Position numbers and translations under genes: made by a program | NCBI GenBank assembly: GCA_040005555.1 | Contig: JBDTYT010000001.1 | Span: 148-64,147, forward strand | Direction of reading: 5' to 3' | Origin: Actinomycetota bacterium | GTDB lineage: Bacteria > Actinomycetota > UBA4738 > HRBIN12 | Length of the DNA: 64,000 nucleotides | Shown here: positions 1-10,414 of the stretch, one piece after another | How the letters are laid out: each line of letters starts with the position of its first letter | Numbering within the stretch: position 1 is the first letter of the stretch | The notes under the pieces: generated by a model | What the model was told of the DNA's origin: nothing | Databases searched by the model: none | The model's input: only the letters and a program-made list of their open reading frames with translations

Positions 1-852
1 CGCGTACTCGGAGAGGCGATCGGAGGCCCGCTCGGGCGTGCCCACGATGCAGTCCTTCTCGATGTCGGCGAGGTACTGCTCGAACGGGCCCGCCGTGGGG
101 TCGTGGGTGTGCGCCTGTGCCACGCGGCCTCGCCATTCGTCCTCGGTCCGCCCGACGAAGACCCACGTCATGAACGAGGTCACCACCGCCGCCTGGTCAC
201 GGCCGGCCGCACCAACCGCGTCTCGGACCCGGGTATATCGCTCGCCCACGTCCTCGGGCGTTCCGCCGACGGTGTTGAACTCGTCCGCCCACCTCGCCAC
301 GAGCCGCGAGAGCCGGGGTCCACCGTTGCCCCCGACGATGATCGGCGGGTGCGGCTGCTGCACGGCCTTGGGAAGGAACGCGCACCCCTCGAGCGCGTAG
401 TGCCGACTCTCGAAGGAGAACGTCGGCTCCGAGAGCAACCCGTGGATGATCTCGAGCTGCTCCTCGAGCATCTCCATACGCTCGCCGCTCGGCGGGAACG
501 GGAAGCCGTGCGTGCGATGCTCCTCCTCCCACCACCCGGCCCCGAGGCCGATCTCGACCCGGCCGTTCGAGATCGCGTCTACGGTCGTGACGATCTTCGC
601 GAGGTTCGTCGGGTGGCGGAACGTCACCGGCGAGACCAACGTGCCGAGACGCAGTCGCGACGTGCGCGCAGCGAGACCGGCCATCACCGTCCACGCGTCG
701 TTCGACCCACGTCCGCCCGCGCCCACGACAGAGAAGTAATGGTCCGAGCTGAACAGGCTCTCGAAACCGAGTCGCTCGCAGGCTTCCGCCACCGCGAGCC
801 AGCGCTCCCAGGTGACCCCTTCTTGACCTTCGACCATCAAGCAGAACCGCAT
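1..852 (-). CDS. LLM-class F420/flavin-dependent oxidoreductase (luciferase-like monooxygenase); C-terminal end cut by window start
   Basis: Reverse-strand frame from ATG (cat at 850-852) reads MRFCLMVEGQEGVTWERWLAVAEACERLGFESLFSSDHYF...GRVEIGLGAGWWEEEH, typical LLM TIM-barrel sequence. Runs open to position 1, so it is absent from the ORF track, which needs a stop. Confidence 0.75.
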   Translation of the reverse strand, partial: MRFCLMVEGQEGVTWERWLAVAEACERLGFESLFSSDHYFSVVGAGGRGSNDAWTVMAGLAARTSRLRLGTLVSPVTFRHPTNLAKIVTTVDAISNGRVEIGLGAGWWEEEHRTHGFPFPPSGERMEMLEEQLEIIHGLLSEPTFSFESRHYALEGCAFLPKAVQQPHPPIIVGGNGGPRLSRLVARWADEFNTVGGTPEDVGERYTRVRDAVGAAGRDQAAVVTSFMTWVFVGRTEDEWRGRVAQAHTHDPTAGPFEQYLADIEKDCIVGTPERASDRLSEYA

Positions 853-1013
853 GCCACCCCCCGGGTTCGTCCGGCGTGTCGTGAACCTACAATCCCCGGC
901 GTGGACAGACCATCCCGGGCGGAGATCGAGCGCACGGTGCAGGCCGCGGGCCTCGGGCTCGCGGTGGGACTGGTGATCGTGCTGCTCGACCGAGGGCGGT
1001 CGAGTCAGCGCCG

Positions 1014-2138
1014 TTAGCGACCGGTCGCGGCGGGCTCGCGCACGGCTCCCAGGAACCGCGCGATGCCCTCGGCGATCGCTTCCGCCACTCCGCTGCGGAA
1101 CCCGTCGTCGCGCAGTCGCGCCACCTCAGCGGCGTTCGTCAGGAAGCAGGGCTCGACCTGGACGGCCGGCATCCGCGTCTCGCGCAAGATCGCGAGCGAC
1201 ATCGGGTGCACGCGTCCATCCCGCACGCCGAGCCGTGAGGTGAGCTCCTCTTGAACGACCTCGGCCAGACGCCGGCCCGCGGGAGAGTGCGTGGAGGGCG
1301 TCCCGTAGAAGAAGCATGTCGAGCCCTCGGCGTCGGGCTCCCCCGCGTTCACGTGCAGCGAGACGCACACGGCGGCGTCGAGCGCATTCGCTCGATGCGC
1401 GCGAGCCGCGACGGGGGGGTTCTCGGCCGCCGAGCGCAGGAGCACGGGCGCCGCACCGCGTCGATGGAGCTCGGCGGCGAGCGACACGGCGAGCCACATC
1501 GCTGCCTCCTGCTCCTCGAGCCCGCCGAGGCCCTCATTGCCCGGATCGCCCGGACCGTGCCCGGGATCGATGGCCACGGTCGATCCCGCGAGCGACGCGT
1601 CCATGCGGCGGACGGCTTCCTCCTCACGAACAACGGCTCGACTCGGCCGGTCGAGGCTCGGGCGCAGCCGATCGAGCGTGCCGACCGTGTCGAGCCCCAC
1701 GATGCCGTCGGATCGGGCGCCGACGTTGCGCTGGAACTCCATCGCCCCATCCGAGGTACGCCGCCCGAAGATCCCGTCCTCCTTGCCGGCGTCGAACCCA
1801 AGGGCGTTCAGATGGCGCTGGAGCTCTCTGACGTCGTCGCCTCGGAACGCAGGCGACCGCAGGTAGAGGGTGCGGTCGCCGAGCCGGTACCCGGCCTCGA
1901 CCAACTCACCCCACGTATCGGGACCGACCATGCCGTCCGACGGGAGCCCTCGCCGCTGCTGAAACGCGCGGACGGCCGCCTGCGTGGTGGGGCCGAACGA
2001 GCCCTCGAGCTCGCCCGGGTCAACCCGGAACCCGAGCTCCACCAGTCGGTGCTGGACATCGCGGACGGGCTCGCCGGCATCACCGATGCGGATGGTCTTC
2101 ACGGGCTTGAGTTTCCGCGCCGGCGCACGTGGCGGCAA
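1014..2138 (-). CDS. cwlM: N-acetylmuramoyl-L-alanine amidase with two peptidoglycan-binding domains (CwlM-like)
   Basis: Two PG_binding_1-like repeats (VRDVQHRLVELGF..., VRELQRHLNALGF...) followed by an Amidase_3 core (AIDPGHGG..., VSLHVNA). Lies beside trxA-trxB, as cwlM does in mycobacteria. Confidence 0.8.
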   Translation of the reverse strand: MPPRAPARKLKPVKTIRIGDAGEPVRDVQHRLVELGFRVDPGELEGSFGPTTQAAVRAFQQRRGLPSDGMVGPDTWGELVEAGYRLGDRTLYLRSPAFRGDDVRELQRHLNALGFDAGKEDGIFGRRTSDGAMEFQRNVGARSDGIVGLDTVGTLDRLRPSLDRPSRAVVREEEAVRRMDASLAGSTVAIDPGHGPGDPGNEGLGGLEEQEAAMWLAVSLAAELHRRGAAPVLLRSAAENPPVAARAHRANALDAAVCVSLHVNAGEPDAEGSTCFFYGTPSTHSPAGRRLAEVVQEELTSRLGVRDGRVHPMSLAILRETRMPAVQVEPCFLTNAAEVARLRDDGFRSGVAEAIAEGIARFLGAVREPAATGR

Positions 2139-2165
2139 CCCGGAACCCTCGAGCGACGCTCGAGG

Positions 2166-2495
2166 TCAGGCGGCGATGTGAGGGTCGAACTCCTTCAGGA
2201 GGGCGTCCTTGCCTCGAGCGCCGACCACTCGAGCCATCTCCTGCCCGTCCTTGAACAGCATCAGCGTCGGGATGCTCATCACGCCGTACTTGCGGGTGAT
2301 CTCGGGGTTCTCGTCGATGTTCAGCTTGGCCACCTCGAGCGACGCGCCCTTATCGCGGCCGATCTCCTCGACCACGGGAGAGACCATGTGGCACGGCACG
2401 CACCACTCCGCCCAAAAGTCCACAAGGACTGGGGTGTCCGACTTCAGGACCCGGTCCTCGAAGTCCTGGTCCGTCACGTCACCGATCAGCGCCAC
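2166..2495 (-). CDS. trxA: thioredoxin
   Basis: WCVPC (CxxC) active site and thioredoxin fold (VLVDFWAEWCVPCHMVSP...IPTLMLFKDG). GTG start at 2495 gives ~109 aa; the ORF-track start at 2594 gives an unusual 33-aa N-extension. Confidence 0.85.
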   Translation of the reverse strand: MALIGDVTDQDFEDRVLKSDTPVLVDFWAEWCVPCHMVSPVVEEIGRDKGASLEVAKLNIDENPEITRKYGVMSIPTLMLFKDGQEMARVVGARGKDALLKEFDPHIAA

Positions 2496-2568
2496 GTCCT
2501 CGTCCTTTCTCGTCGTATCCGACCCTCGTCGTATCCGACGCGATCGCTGGAGCCGGAGCGGGATCTCT

Positions 2569-3501
2569 TCACGCCGAGTGGCTCTCGGACTCAAGGAACC
2601 GCTCGGCGTCCATCGCGGCCTTGCACCCCTGTCCGGCGGCGGTCACGGCCTGACGGTAAACCACGTCGGTGACATCGCCCGCCGCGAAGACGCCCGGCAC
2701 GCTCGTCTTCGTCGTTGGCTCCTCCACCACGATGTAGCCGTTCGCAAGCTCCAATTGCCCCTCGAACAGCGACGTGTTCGGGGTGTGGCCGATGGCCATG
2801 AAGACTCCGTCGGTGGGGTGTTCGGTCGTTTCTCCGGTCTTCACGTTGCGAAGCGTCGCGCCTGTGACCGCGGTGTCCCCGTGGATCTCCTCGACCGTGG
2901 AATCCCAGATGACATCGATCTTCGGGTTCTCGTGAACCCGATCTTGCATGATCTTCGATGCGCGGAACTCGTCGCGCCGGTGCACCAGGCCGATCTTCCT
3001 CGCGAACTTCGTGAGGAAGGTCGCCTCCTCCATGGCGGTGTCGCCGCCGCCAACCACGATGAGCTCTCGGTCTCGGTAGAAGAACCCGTCGCACGTGGCG
3101 CACGCGCTCACGCCCCGCCCGCGGAGCCTCTCCTCACCAGGGATCCCGAGCCATTTCGCGCTCGCGCCGGTCGAGATGACGATGGTGTCCGCGCGCCACT
3201 CCTCGTCACCGGCCCACACGCCGAAGGGACGATCGGAGAGGTCGACCCTCGTCGCGGTTTGGGCCACGATCTCGGCCTCGAACCGGGACGCCTGCTTCTC
3301 CATGGCTTCCATGAGCTCGGGGCCCATGATGCCGTCGGGGAACCCCGGGTAGTTCTCCACGTCGGTGGTCAGCATGAGCTGGCCGCCGGCTTCCAGCCCC
3401 TTCAGGACCAGCGGTTTCAGGTTGGCTCGGGCGGCGTAGAGCGCGGCCGTGTACCCGGCCGGCCCTGACCCGAGGACGACGATGCTCCGGTGTTCGACCA
3501 T
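2569..3501 (-). CDS. trxB: thioredoxin-disulfide reductase
   Basis: FAD/NAD(P) Rossmann motifs (VLGSGPAGYTAALYAA), CATC redox-active disulfide (SACATCDGFFY), GGGDTAMEEA. Confidence 0.9.
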   Translation of the reverse strand: MVEHRSIVVLGSGPAGYTAALYAARANLKPLVLKGLEAGGQLMLTTDVENYPGFPDGIMGPELMEAMEKQASRFEAEIVAQTATRVDLSDRPFGVWAGDEEWRADTIVISTGASAKWLGIPGEERLRGRGVSACATCDGFFYRDRELIVVGGGDTAMEEATFLTKFARKIGLVHRRDEFRASKIMQDRVHENPKIDVIWDSTVEEIHGDTAVTGATLRNVKTGETTEHPTDGVFMAIGHTPNTSLFEGQLELANGYIVVEEPTTKTSVPGVFAAGDVTDVVYRQAVTAAGQGCKAAMDAERFLESESHSA

Positions 3502-3539
3502 GTGCCTGAGCCGATTCTCCCATAGCCAAGAACCCCGCC

Positions 3540-4733
3540 CTATTCCACGCCGCCTCCCAGCGCCACCCTGCGGAGCTTGCCGGACCCCGTGCGAGGGAGC
3601 TCGTCGACGAGGACGAGCTCTCGGGGCGCCCGGTGGCGCGGGAGCGATCGGGCGGCGGCGTCGCGCAGCTCATCGAGCGTCGGTGGATCGGTGGGGTCGA
3701 CCGGCACCACGAACGCCACGACGCGCTCTCCCCACTCGGCGTCGAGGCGTCCACCCACGCCGACCTCTCGCACCTTCGGATGGCGGCGGAGGACGGCCTC
3801 GACCTCCTCGGGCCAAACCTTCTCACCTCCGGAGTTGATGCGGTCGTCGAAGCGGCCGATGACGTGGAGCCGACCCTCGCGGTCGAGCTCTCCGGCGTCT
3901 CCAGGTCGCAGCCACCCGTCGTCGGTGAACGCCCGGCGGGTTGCCTCCACGTCGAACCGGTAGCCGAGCATGAGCGTCGGGCCGCGGAGCTCGATGCCTC
4001 CGTCCGCGTCGATGCGGATCTCGACGCCGGGGAGCGGCCTGCCGTCGTAGATGACCCCGCCGAAGCTTTCGGTCAGGCCGTAAGTCTCGACGACCGGGGC
4101 GCCGGCCGCTCGAGCGCGCTCCGCCTGCTCGTCGGGGAGGCGGGCCCCGCCGATGAGGACCGCTCGGTATCGCTGGAGATCCACATCGGCGTCCAGCAGG
4201 CGGGCGAGCATCGTCGGCACGAGCGAGGTGAACACCGTGGTGCGCTCGGCGTCGAAGGCCTCGGCGTTGAAGCGTTCGTGGACGACGACCGGCGCGCCGA
4301 GGAGCACCGCGCGGAGCAGGACGAGCAGCCCACCGACGTGCGCCAGCGGCAGGCACGAGAGCCACGGATCTCGCGGCGACGCCTCGAGTGCGAGCGCGGA
4401 CGCAGCCACGGCCGCATCCACGGCCGAGCGCGCGAACTGCGCGAGCTTCGGCGGTCCACGGGTACCCGAGGTATGCACGATGAGCGCGACGTCCTGGTCC
4501 GCCGGAACGCCGCCCTGGATGCGCTCCCATCCCCGCCGCGAGAGAACGACCGTTGGCCTCGCGGCACGGACGAGGGCCGTCGACTCCGGCTCGGGCAGGC
4601 GAACGTCGAGGGGGAAGAGCGCCGCTCCCGCCTGCCAGACCTCGCTGACGATCCCGAGCCAGTCCGAGCCTGGCGGCAACACGACCGCCACGACGTCGCC
4701 CGCCCTCAGCCGCGCGTCCTCGAGACGTCCCAC
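3540..4733 (-). CDS. menE: AMP-dependent acyl-CoA ligase, probable o-succinylbenzoate-CoA ligase
   Basis: AMP-binding motifs (IVHTSGTRGPPK, ETYGLTE, GEKVWPEEVE) and C-terminal LPRTGSGKLRR. GTG start. Sits inside a men gene cluster. Confidence 0.7.
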   Translation of the reverse strand: MGRLEDARLRAGDVVAVVLPPGSDWLGIVSEVWQAGAALFPLDVRLPEPESTALVRAARPTVVLSRRGWERIQGGVPADQDVALIVHTSGTRGPPKLAQFARSAVDAAVAASALALEASPRDPWLSCLPLAHVGGLLVLLRAVLLGAPVVVHERFNAEAFDAERTTVFTSLVPTMLARLLDADVDLQRYRAVLIGGARLPDEQAERARAAGAPVVETYGLTESFGGVIYDGRPLPGVEIRIDADGGIELRGPTLMLGYRFDVEATRRAFTDDGWLRPGDAGELDREGRLHVIGRFDDRINSGGEKVWPEEVEAVLRRHPKVREVGVGGRLDAEWGERVVAFVVPVDPTDPPTLDELRDAAARSLPRHRAPRELVLVDELPRTGSGKLRRVALGGGVE

Positions 4734-4786
4734 GTGCGATAGGCTAGCTCAGACCTTGTGAGTGGACGCTCTAGGAGTGAACGGTC

Positions 4787-5599
4787 ATGGAGTGGCAGCG
4801 AGCTGGCGACTACGAGGACGTGCGGTACGAGACGTTCGAGGGCGTCGCGAAGATCACGATCGACCGCCCCGAGGTGCGAAACGCCTTCCGCCCGACCACC
4901 GTCCGAGAGCTTTCGCACGCGTTCGAGGTAGCGCGCGACGATCCGGGTATCGGGGTCGTGATCCTCACCGGCGAGGGACCGCTCGCGTTCTCCTCGGGCG
5001 GCGACCAGAACGTCCGCGGCGATGACGGCTACGTCGACGACCGAGGCATCGGTCGGCTGAACGTGCTCGACCTCCAGATCCAGATCCGGCGGCTGCCGAA
5101 GCCGGTCGTTGCGATGGTCGCCGGGTACGCGATCGGCGGCGGGCACGTCCTGCACGTGTGCTGTGACCTGACGATCGCTGCCGACAACGCCGTCTTCGGG
5201 CAGACCGGCCCACGCGTCGGCTCGTTCGATGGGGGGTACGGGATCAACCTCCTCGCGCGACAGGTGGGCGAGAAGCGCGCGAAGGAGATCTGGTTCCTGT
5301 GCCGCCAGTACGACGCGCCGACCGCTCTCGCGTGGGGGCTCGTGAACGCCGTCGTGCCGCTCGCCGAGCTCGAGGACGAGACCGTCCGTTGGTGCCGCGA
5401 GCTGCTCGGGATGAGCCCGCTCGCTCTCCGTCTGCTGAAGGCCGGCTTGAACGCCGGCACCGACGGACTTGCCGGCGTCCAGCAGCTGGCCGGGGACGCG
5501 ACGCTCCTGTACTACATGAGCGAGGAAGCGCAGGAGGGCCGCGATGCGTTCGTGCAGAAGCGCGACCCCGATTTCTCACGGTTCCCGAAGCGCCCGTGA
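4787..5599 (+). CDS. menB: 1,4-dihydroxy-2-naphthoyl-CoA synthase
   Basis: Crotonase fold with MenB hallmarks ([61 protein letters not shown]). Confidence 0.9.
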   Translation: MEWQRAGDYEDVRYETFEGVAKITIDRPEVRNAFRPTTVRELSHAFEVARDDPGIGVVILTGEGPLAFSSGGDQNVRGDDGYVDDRGIGRLNVLDLQIQIRRLPKPVVAMVAGYAIGGGHVLHVCCDLTIAADNAVFGQTGPRVGSFDGGYGINLLARQVGEKRAKEIWFLCRQYDAPTALAWGLVNAVVPLAELEDETVRWCRELLGMSPLALRLLKAGLNAGTDGLAGVQQLAGDATLLYYMSEEAQEGRDAFVQKRDPDFSRFPKRP

Positions 5600-6501
5600 G
5601 CACGCGACGCTCGGTGTGGTTCTCGGGCGCGCGCCCGAGGACACTCGGCGCGAGCGTCACTCCGGTCGTCGTCGGAACGGCGGCCGCGGGCCACGCGTCG
5701 GTGTGGCGATTCGTCGCGGCGCTGCTCGTCGGGCTCGGGCTCCAGGTGGGCGTGAACTTCGCGAATGACTATCACGACGGGGTGCGCGGGGTGGACACCG
5801 CGGCCCGAGTCGGTCCGCCGAGGCTCACCTCGTCGGGTCTCGCGTCTCCGAGAGCGGTGCTCACCGCTTCGCTGGTCGCGATCCTCGTGGCCGGCGTCGC
5901 CGGGCTCGTGCTCGCGTTCGCGACGACGCTCTGGCTCGTCCCGATCGGCGCCGTGGCGATGGTTGCGCTCTGGTCGTACTCGGGTGGGCCCAAGCCGTTC
6001 GCGGGGCTCGGGCTGGGCGAGGTGATGGTGTTCCTCTTCTTCGGCGTCATGGCGACCGCGGGGACGGCATTCGTGCAGGCCGAGACCGTGAGCTCTGCGG
6101 CATGGTGGTCCTCCGCGGCGATGGGCTTCCTGGCCGTGGCGATCCTCGTGGCGAACAACCTCCGCGACATCCCCACCGATGAGCCGGCGGGAAAGCGGAC
6201 GCTCGCGGTGCGGCTCGGCGACCGGCGGACACGTCTGCTCTACCGAGCCTGTCTGGCCGCGGCCTTCGTCACCGTCGCGGCTGGCGTGCTCTTGGGGATC
6301 GCCGACGAACGGGTCGGGATGTCGCAATGGGCACTGCTGGCCCTCGCCGCATGGGTGCCGGCCATCCGCCCGATGGAACGTGTTGGCTCGGCGAACGGTC
6401 GGGAGCTCGTCGAGGTGTTGGTGGGCACGGCCACCGTACAGGTCGTGTTCGGCGCGCTCCTGGCACTGGGGCTGTGGATCGCGGGAGCGACCGCGGCGTG
6501 A
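5596..6501 (+). CDS. menA: 1,4-dihydroxy-2-naphthoate polyprenyltransferase
   Basis: UbiA-family multi-TM protein with [11 protein letters not shown] motif. GTG start overlaps the menB stop (GTGA). Confidence 0.85.
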   Translation: MSTRRSVWFSGARPRTLGASVTPVVVGTAAAGHASVWRFVAALLVGLGLQVGVNFANDYHDGVRGVDTAARVGPPRLTSSGLASPRAVLTASLVAILVAGVAGLVLAFATTLWLVPIGAVAMVALWSYSGGPKPFAGLGLGEVMVFLFFGVMATAGTAFVQAETVSSAAWWSSAAMGFLAVAILVANNLRDIPTDEPAGKRTLAVRLGDRRTRLLYRACLAAAFVTVAAGVLLGIADERVGMSQWALLALAAWVPAIRPMERVGSANGRELVEVLVGTATVQVVFGALLALGLWIAGATAA

Positions 6502-8198
6502 ACGAGGGGGACATCGCGCTCGCGTGCATGCGCGCGTTCGCGGGCGCGCTCGTCCGGTCGGGGGTAGGCGAGGTGGGGCTGTCGCCCGGATCGCGCTCGA
6601 CCCCGCTCGCACTCGCCGTCGCCCGAGAGCGTGGACTGCGCGCGCACGTCCACCTGGATGAGCGCGCCTCCGCGTTCTTCGCACTCGGCGTGGCGAAGGC
6701 GACGGGCTACCCTGCCGCGGTCCTGACCACAAGCGGCACCGCCGCTGCGAACCTGTTACCGGCCGTCGTCGAGGCTTCGATGGCGCGGGTGCCGCTGCTT
6801 CTCCTCACCGCCGACCGTCCCCCTGAGCTGCGAGGCGTCGGGGCGAACCAGACGATCGATCAGCTCGAGCTCTTCGGACGGTTTGTGCGCTGGTTCGTCG
6901 ACGCCGACGTTCCGAGCGCGTCCGAGGACGCCCTCGGTGCGTGGGAGGATCTCGCGCGGCGTGCGGTGGCTCGGAGCCTGGGACCGACGCCCGGTCCCGT
7001 TCACGTGAACCTCCCGTTCCGCGAGCCGCTCGTGCCATCGGGAGCGGAGGTTGCACTCGGGGACGCGCCGACCGGTCGAACGGTCGAAGGGCACCCGCCT
7101 CGGCCCGCGCCAACATCGGCGGAGATCGACATGCTGCGCGAGGTGCTGTCCCTCGAGCGCGGCGTGATCGTGGCCGGTTCGTTGCGCGCAGCCTGCCGGC
7201 CGGCCCTCGACCTCGGCGAGCGACGCGGGTGGCCCGTGCTCGGCGAGCCGACGTCGGGGCTGCGCGTGCCGGGCACCCTATCCACCAGCTCGCTCATGCT
7301 TGGGGATCCGAGGTTCGCGAAGGATCACGTCCCGCAGGTACTCCTGCAACTCGGAGCGGCACCGACCTCCCGGGCGGGGCTGGGGTTCACGGCTGGAGCG
7401 GAACGCCTCGTGATCGTCGACCCGGACGGCCTCGTGGGGGACCCCGCCGGCCACGCCGATCTTCGCATCGAGGCCGACCCTGCATCGCTGCTCGAGACCG
7501 TTCTGTCGGACCTTCGCCCGGCGAGCTCGAGCTCGTGGCTCGACGGATGGCGCCGGGCCGATGCCGCCGCGCGCCGCGCGGTGGACGACGTGCTCGCGAT
7601 GTGGGACGAGCCGTACGAAGGACGGATCGCCCGAGATCTCGCGGCGTGTCCGCGCGACGATGCGACGCTCGTCGTCGGCTCGAGCATGCCGGTGCGCGAT
7701 CTCGATGCGTACATGGCACCCCGGAACGGCCTACGGGTGCTCGCCAACCGAGGGGCGAGCGGCATCGACGGGTTCGTCTCGACGGTGCTCGGCGTGTCGG
7801 TCGTCGCCGAGCCGCCGACGTTCGCACTCTGCGGAGACCTCACGCTCCTTCACGACGCGGGCTCGTTGCTGTGGAGCGCGCAACGCGGATACGACGCCGT
7901 GTTCGTCGTCCCGAACAACGACGGCGGCGGGATCTTCGATCTCCTCGGCCAGAGCGCACTGCCCGAGCTCAACACCCTGTTCGTGACCCCGCACGGGCTC
8001 GACCTCGCGAGGCTCGCGCATGCGTCCGGCGCCGGATACGAACGCGTCGAGCATGCAAGCGATCTCGTCGGGGCGATCGAGCGCGCCGCCGCCGGCGGGG
8101 GTATCCGCATCGTGGAGGCGCCCATCGACCGCCAGCGAAGCATCGCGCGCCGCGCCGAGATCGCTGCCGCGGTCGCCTCGGCGCTCGAGCGTTCGTGA
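6498..8198 (+). CDS. menD: 2-succinyl-5-enolpyruvyl-6-hydroxy-3-cyclohexene-1-carboxylate synthase
   Basis: ThDP enzyme with N-terminal MenD signature (GSRSTPLALA...TSGTAAANLLPAV...LLLTADRPPELRGVGANQTID). GTG start overlaps the menA stop. Confidence 0.85.
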   Translation: MNEGDIALACMRAFAGALVRSGVGEVGLSPGSRSTPLALAVARERGLRAHVHLDERASAFFALGVAKATGYPAAVLTTSGTAAANLLPAVVEASMARVPLLLLTADRPPELRGVGANQTIDQLELFGRFVRWFVDADVPSASEDALGAWEDLARRAVARSLGPTPGPVHVNLPFREPLVPSGAEVALGDAPTGRTVEGHPPRPAPTSAEIDMLREVLSLERGVIVAGSLRAACRPALDLGERRGWPVLGEPTSGLRVPGTLSTSSLMLGDPRFAKDHVPQVLLQLGAAPTSRAGLGFTAGAERLVIVDPDGLVGDPAGHADLRIEADPASLLETVLSDLRPASSSSWLDGWRRADAAARRAVDDVLAMWDEPYEGRIARDLAACPRDDATLVVGSSMPVRDLDAYMAPRNGLRVLANRGASGIDGFVSTVLGVSVVAEPPTFALCGDLTLLHDAGSLLWSAQRGYDAVFVVPNNDGGGIFDLLGQSALPELNTLFVTPHGLDLARLAHASGAGYERVEHASDLVGAIERAAAGGGIRIVEAPIDRQRSIARRAEIAAAVASALERS

Positions 8199-8217
8199 CG
8201 GGCGTACGCTGAACGAG

Positions 8218-8652
8218 ATGGAGCGCGCGAGCGGCATCGCGTATTGGGCCGGAGCCGCAGTGCTCATGGTGTTCGGGTTCGTGGCGATCTTCAGTATCGG
8301 AGCGCCGTTCCTCCTGACCGGGGCCGCGATGATGGTCGTCGGACCATGGCGTCATCGGCGTCATGTGCTGTGGCCGGCGCTCGCCGCGGTCTGGTCGTTC
8401 GCGGTCACGTACGTCCTCGTTGCCCCAGGGGTGTGCACCGGCACGAGTCTCCCCGCGGTGCGCGGAATCACCACGACCGCGCAGGTCGGTCGCACCACAT
8501 GCACGAACGTGCTCGGGATCGATTACTCGGGCAGCGGTCTGTACAACCCTCCGCTCATGCCGGCGCTCTTCGCCGGGGTGGTCGCGGCCGTTGTGGTGGG
8601 TCTCGCGCTTCGACGCGCGCTTCGGCCCAGCGGAACAACCGTCCGAACGTGA
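8218..8652 (+). CDS. hypothetical small membrane protein (3-4 TM)
   Basis: ATG at 8218 downstream of an RBS-like GAG-rich stretch. Hydrophobic segments (AAVLMVFGFVAIFSIGAPFLL, LWPALAAVWSFAVTYVLVAP). No recognisable motif. Confidence 0.5.
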   Translation: MERASGIAYWAGAAVLMVFGFVAIFSIGAPFLLTGAAMMVVGPWRHRRHVLWPALAAVWSFAVTYVLVAPGVCTGTSLPAVRGITTTAQVGRTTCTNVLGIDYSGSGLYNPPLMPALFAGVVAAVVVGLALRRALRPSGTTVRT

Positions 8653-9149
8653 CCGACGCGGCGCGGATCCGCCCGGCCGACCCCGGCGATGCGAGCGATC
8701 TCGCGCGCCTTCGCCACGCGCTCTACGGCGAACACAGCCGGGCCCGAGAGCCGCTCGATGTCTACACCGCGCGGTTCGCCGGGTTCGTGCAAGACGCGCT
8801 CGCGAGCGATGCCTGGCGCATCTGGGTCGGCGAGCTCGATGGCCGGGTCGTCGGTGCGATGTGGCTCCAGCTCGTCGAGCGCGTGCCTCGCCCGGGCGAG
8901 GAGCGCGGCTCGCTACCGCTCGGCTACCTCACGAACGTGTTCGTCGAACCGGAGCTCCGCGACGCCGGACTCGGCTCGCGGATCCTGCGGGAGGTGGTGG
9001 CGTGGGCTCGCCGGCGTGGCGTCGAGGAGATCATCGTATGGCCGAGCGAGCGCTCGTACCCGTTCTACGAGCGCGCCGGTTTCTCTCGCACGCCCGACCC
9101 GATCGTCCTGTATCTCACGGACGAACGCGTGACCCGCTCGCCCGGTTAG
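8649..9149 (+). CDS. GNAT family N-acetyltransferase
   Basis: GNAT acetyl-CoA site (VFVEPELRDAGLGSRILREVVAWARRRGVEE). GTG start overlaps the upstream stop. Confidence 0.7.
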   Translation: MTDAARIRPADPGDASDLARLRHALYGEHSRAREPLDVYTARFAGFVQDALASDAWRIWVGELDGRVVGAMWLQLVERVPRPGEERGSLPLGYLTNVFVEPELRDAGLGSRILREVVAWARRRGVEEIIVWPSERSYPFYERAGFSRTPDPIVLYLTDERVTRSPG

Positions 9150-10414
9150 CTCCAGCGGAGCGCATCGAGGAGCGCGCGAAACTTGCGCTCGGTCTCGTCG
9201 AGCTCCAGCACGGGATCCGAGTCGGCGACGATCCCCGCCCCGGCGTACAGGCGAGCCTCGTCGTCGCGCAGATCCGCGCATCGGAGCGCGAGCGCGAACT
9301 CACCGTCGCCGTGGGCATCGACCCAGCCCACCGGTCCGGCGTAGCCGTCCCGGTCGAAGGGCTCGAGCTCGCGGATGAGCCGTTTCGCCACCGAGCGCGG
9401 CGCACCGCACACCGCCGGTGTGGGATGCAGCGCCATCGCGAGCGAGAGAGCGTCCGGCGCGGGCCGGCGGAGCCGTCCGCGGAATCGGGTGGCGAGATGC
9501 CACACGTTCGCGGTGGTGAACAGGACCGGTTCCGGGTCGCGCTCGAGCTTCTCGCAGACAGGAGAAAGCGTCTCCTCGATCGCTTCGACCACGATCGCAT
9601 GTTCCTCACGATCCTTGGCCGACGCGAGGAGCCGCTCGCCGCTCGCCCGATCCTCGCCCGGGTCGCCGCTGCGGGGCGCGGAACCCGCGAGCGGTTCTGA
9701 GCGCACTTCGAGGCCTCGCCGCGAGACCAGCAGCTCGGGGCTCGCGCCGACGAGGGTCCGCGGGCGCTGGTCCCCCACGGGGAATGCGAAGGCGTAGCAA
9801 TCCGGGTCGACCGCCCGCAGGCGCCACAGGAGCTGGGCAGGATCGAGCCGGCGTCCGGCCACCACGTCGATCGTGCGCGCGAGGACAACCTTGCGCAGCT
9901 CGCCCCCGTGGATCCGCCGGGTGGCCTCGGCGACGGCGAGGCGATAGGCGTCGGGCGGCGGTACCGGCCGCAGCTGGATCTTGCTGAACGCCTCGTGCGG
10001 GGCGGCACGCCCGACGAAACGTTCCGGCGGTGTCCGAACCTCGAGATCCTGTTCGACGGGCAGGAGCGTGAGCTGCCAGGTCTCGCCCCCGCGATCGCGT
10101 CGGATCGTTCGAGCCGGCAGGACGACGCTCCCGGCGCGCGAGGAGTCGAACGGCACCGAGACGAACACGAGCGGCGGCGGCGAATCGGGCTCGGCGTCGT
10201 CGCGAGCGATATGCGCGAAGGTCCGTTCGAGCATGTCGCCCACATCGGAAGTCCCCGCGCTGGCGGGGCCGAAGACGTGTCGGAACGCGGTGACCGCACC
10301 CGCAGCCCCGAGACCGTTTCGCTCGAAGCACACGCCCTCGAGGTCGTACGCGGCGATGAGATCGAAGGAGGGCCCCCGGCGCTCGGCCCGCGTGACATAG
10401 TCGGGCAGGCTCAC
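9146..10414 (-). CDS. menF: isochorismate synthase
   Basis: Chorismate-binding C-terminal domain (VEAIEETLSPVC...LHPTPAVCGAPR...DRDGYAGPVGWVD...ALRCADL...YAGAGIVADSDP). Putative GTG start at 10414 overlaps the menG stop. Confidence 0.8.
   Translation of the reverse strand: MSLPDYVTRAERRGPSFDLIAAYDLEGVCFERNGLGAAGAVTAFRHVFGPASAGTSDVGDMLERTFAHIARDDAEPDSPPPLVFVSVPFDSSRAGSVVLPARTIRRDRGGETWQLTLLPVEQDLEVRTPPERFVGRAAPHEAFSKIQLRPVPPPDAYRLAVAEATRRIHGGELRKVVLARTIDVVAGRRLDPAQLLWRLRAVDPDCYAFAFPVGDQRPRTLVGASPELLVSRRGLEVRSEPLAGSAPRSGDPGEDRASGERLLASAKDREEHAIVVEAIEETLSPVCEKLERDPEPVLFTTANVWHLATRFRGRLRRPAPDALSLAMALHPTPAVCGAPRSVAKRLIRELEPFDRDGYAGPVGWVDAHGDGEFALALRCADLRDDEARLYAGAGIVADSDPVLELDETERKFRALLDALRWS

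Noticed and set aside
3633-4742. 369-aa plus-strand ORF and several nested ORFs overlapping menE
   Set aside because: Antisense to an AMP-binding ligase that has all canonical motifs; the translation is Arg/Glu/Asp low-complexity.
5512-6732. 406-aa minus-strand ORF antisense to menA/menD
   Set aside because: Extremely Arg/Pro/Gly-rich, low-complexity translation typical of an antisense frame in a >70% GC genome. It overlaps two well-supported plus-strand genes.
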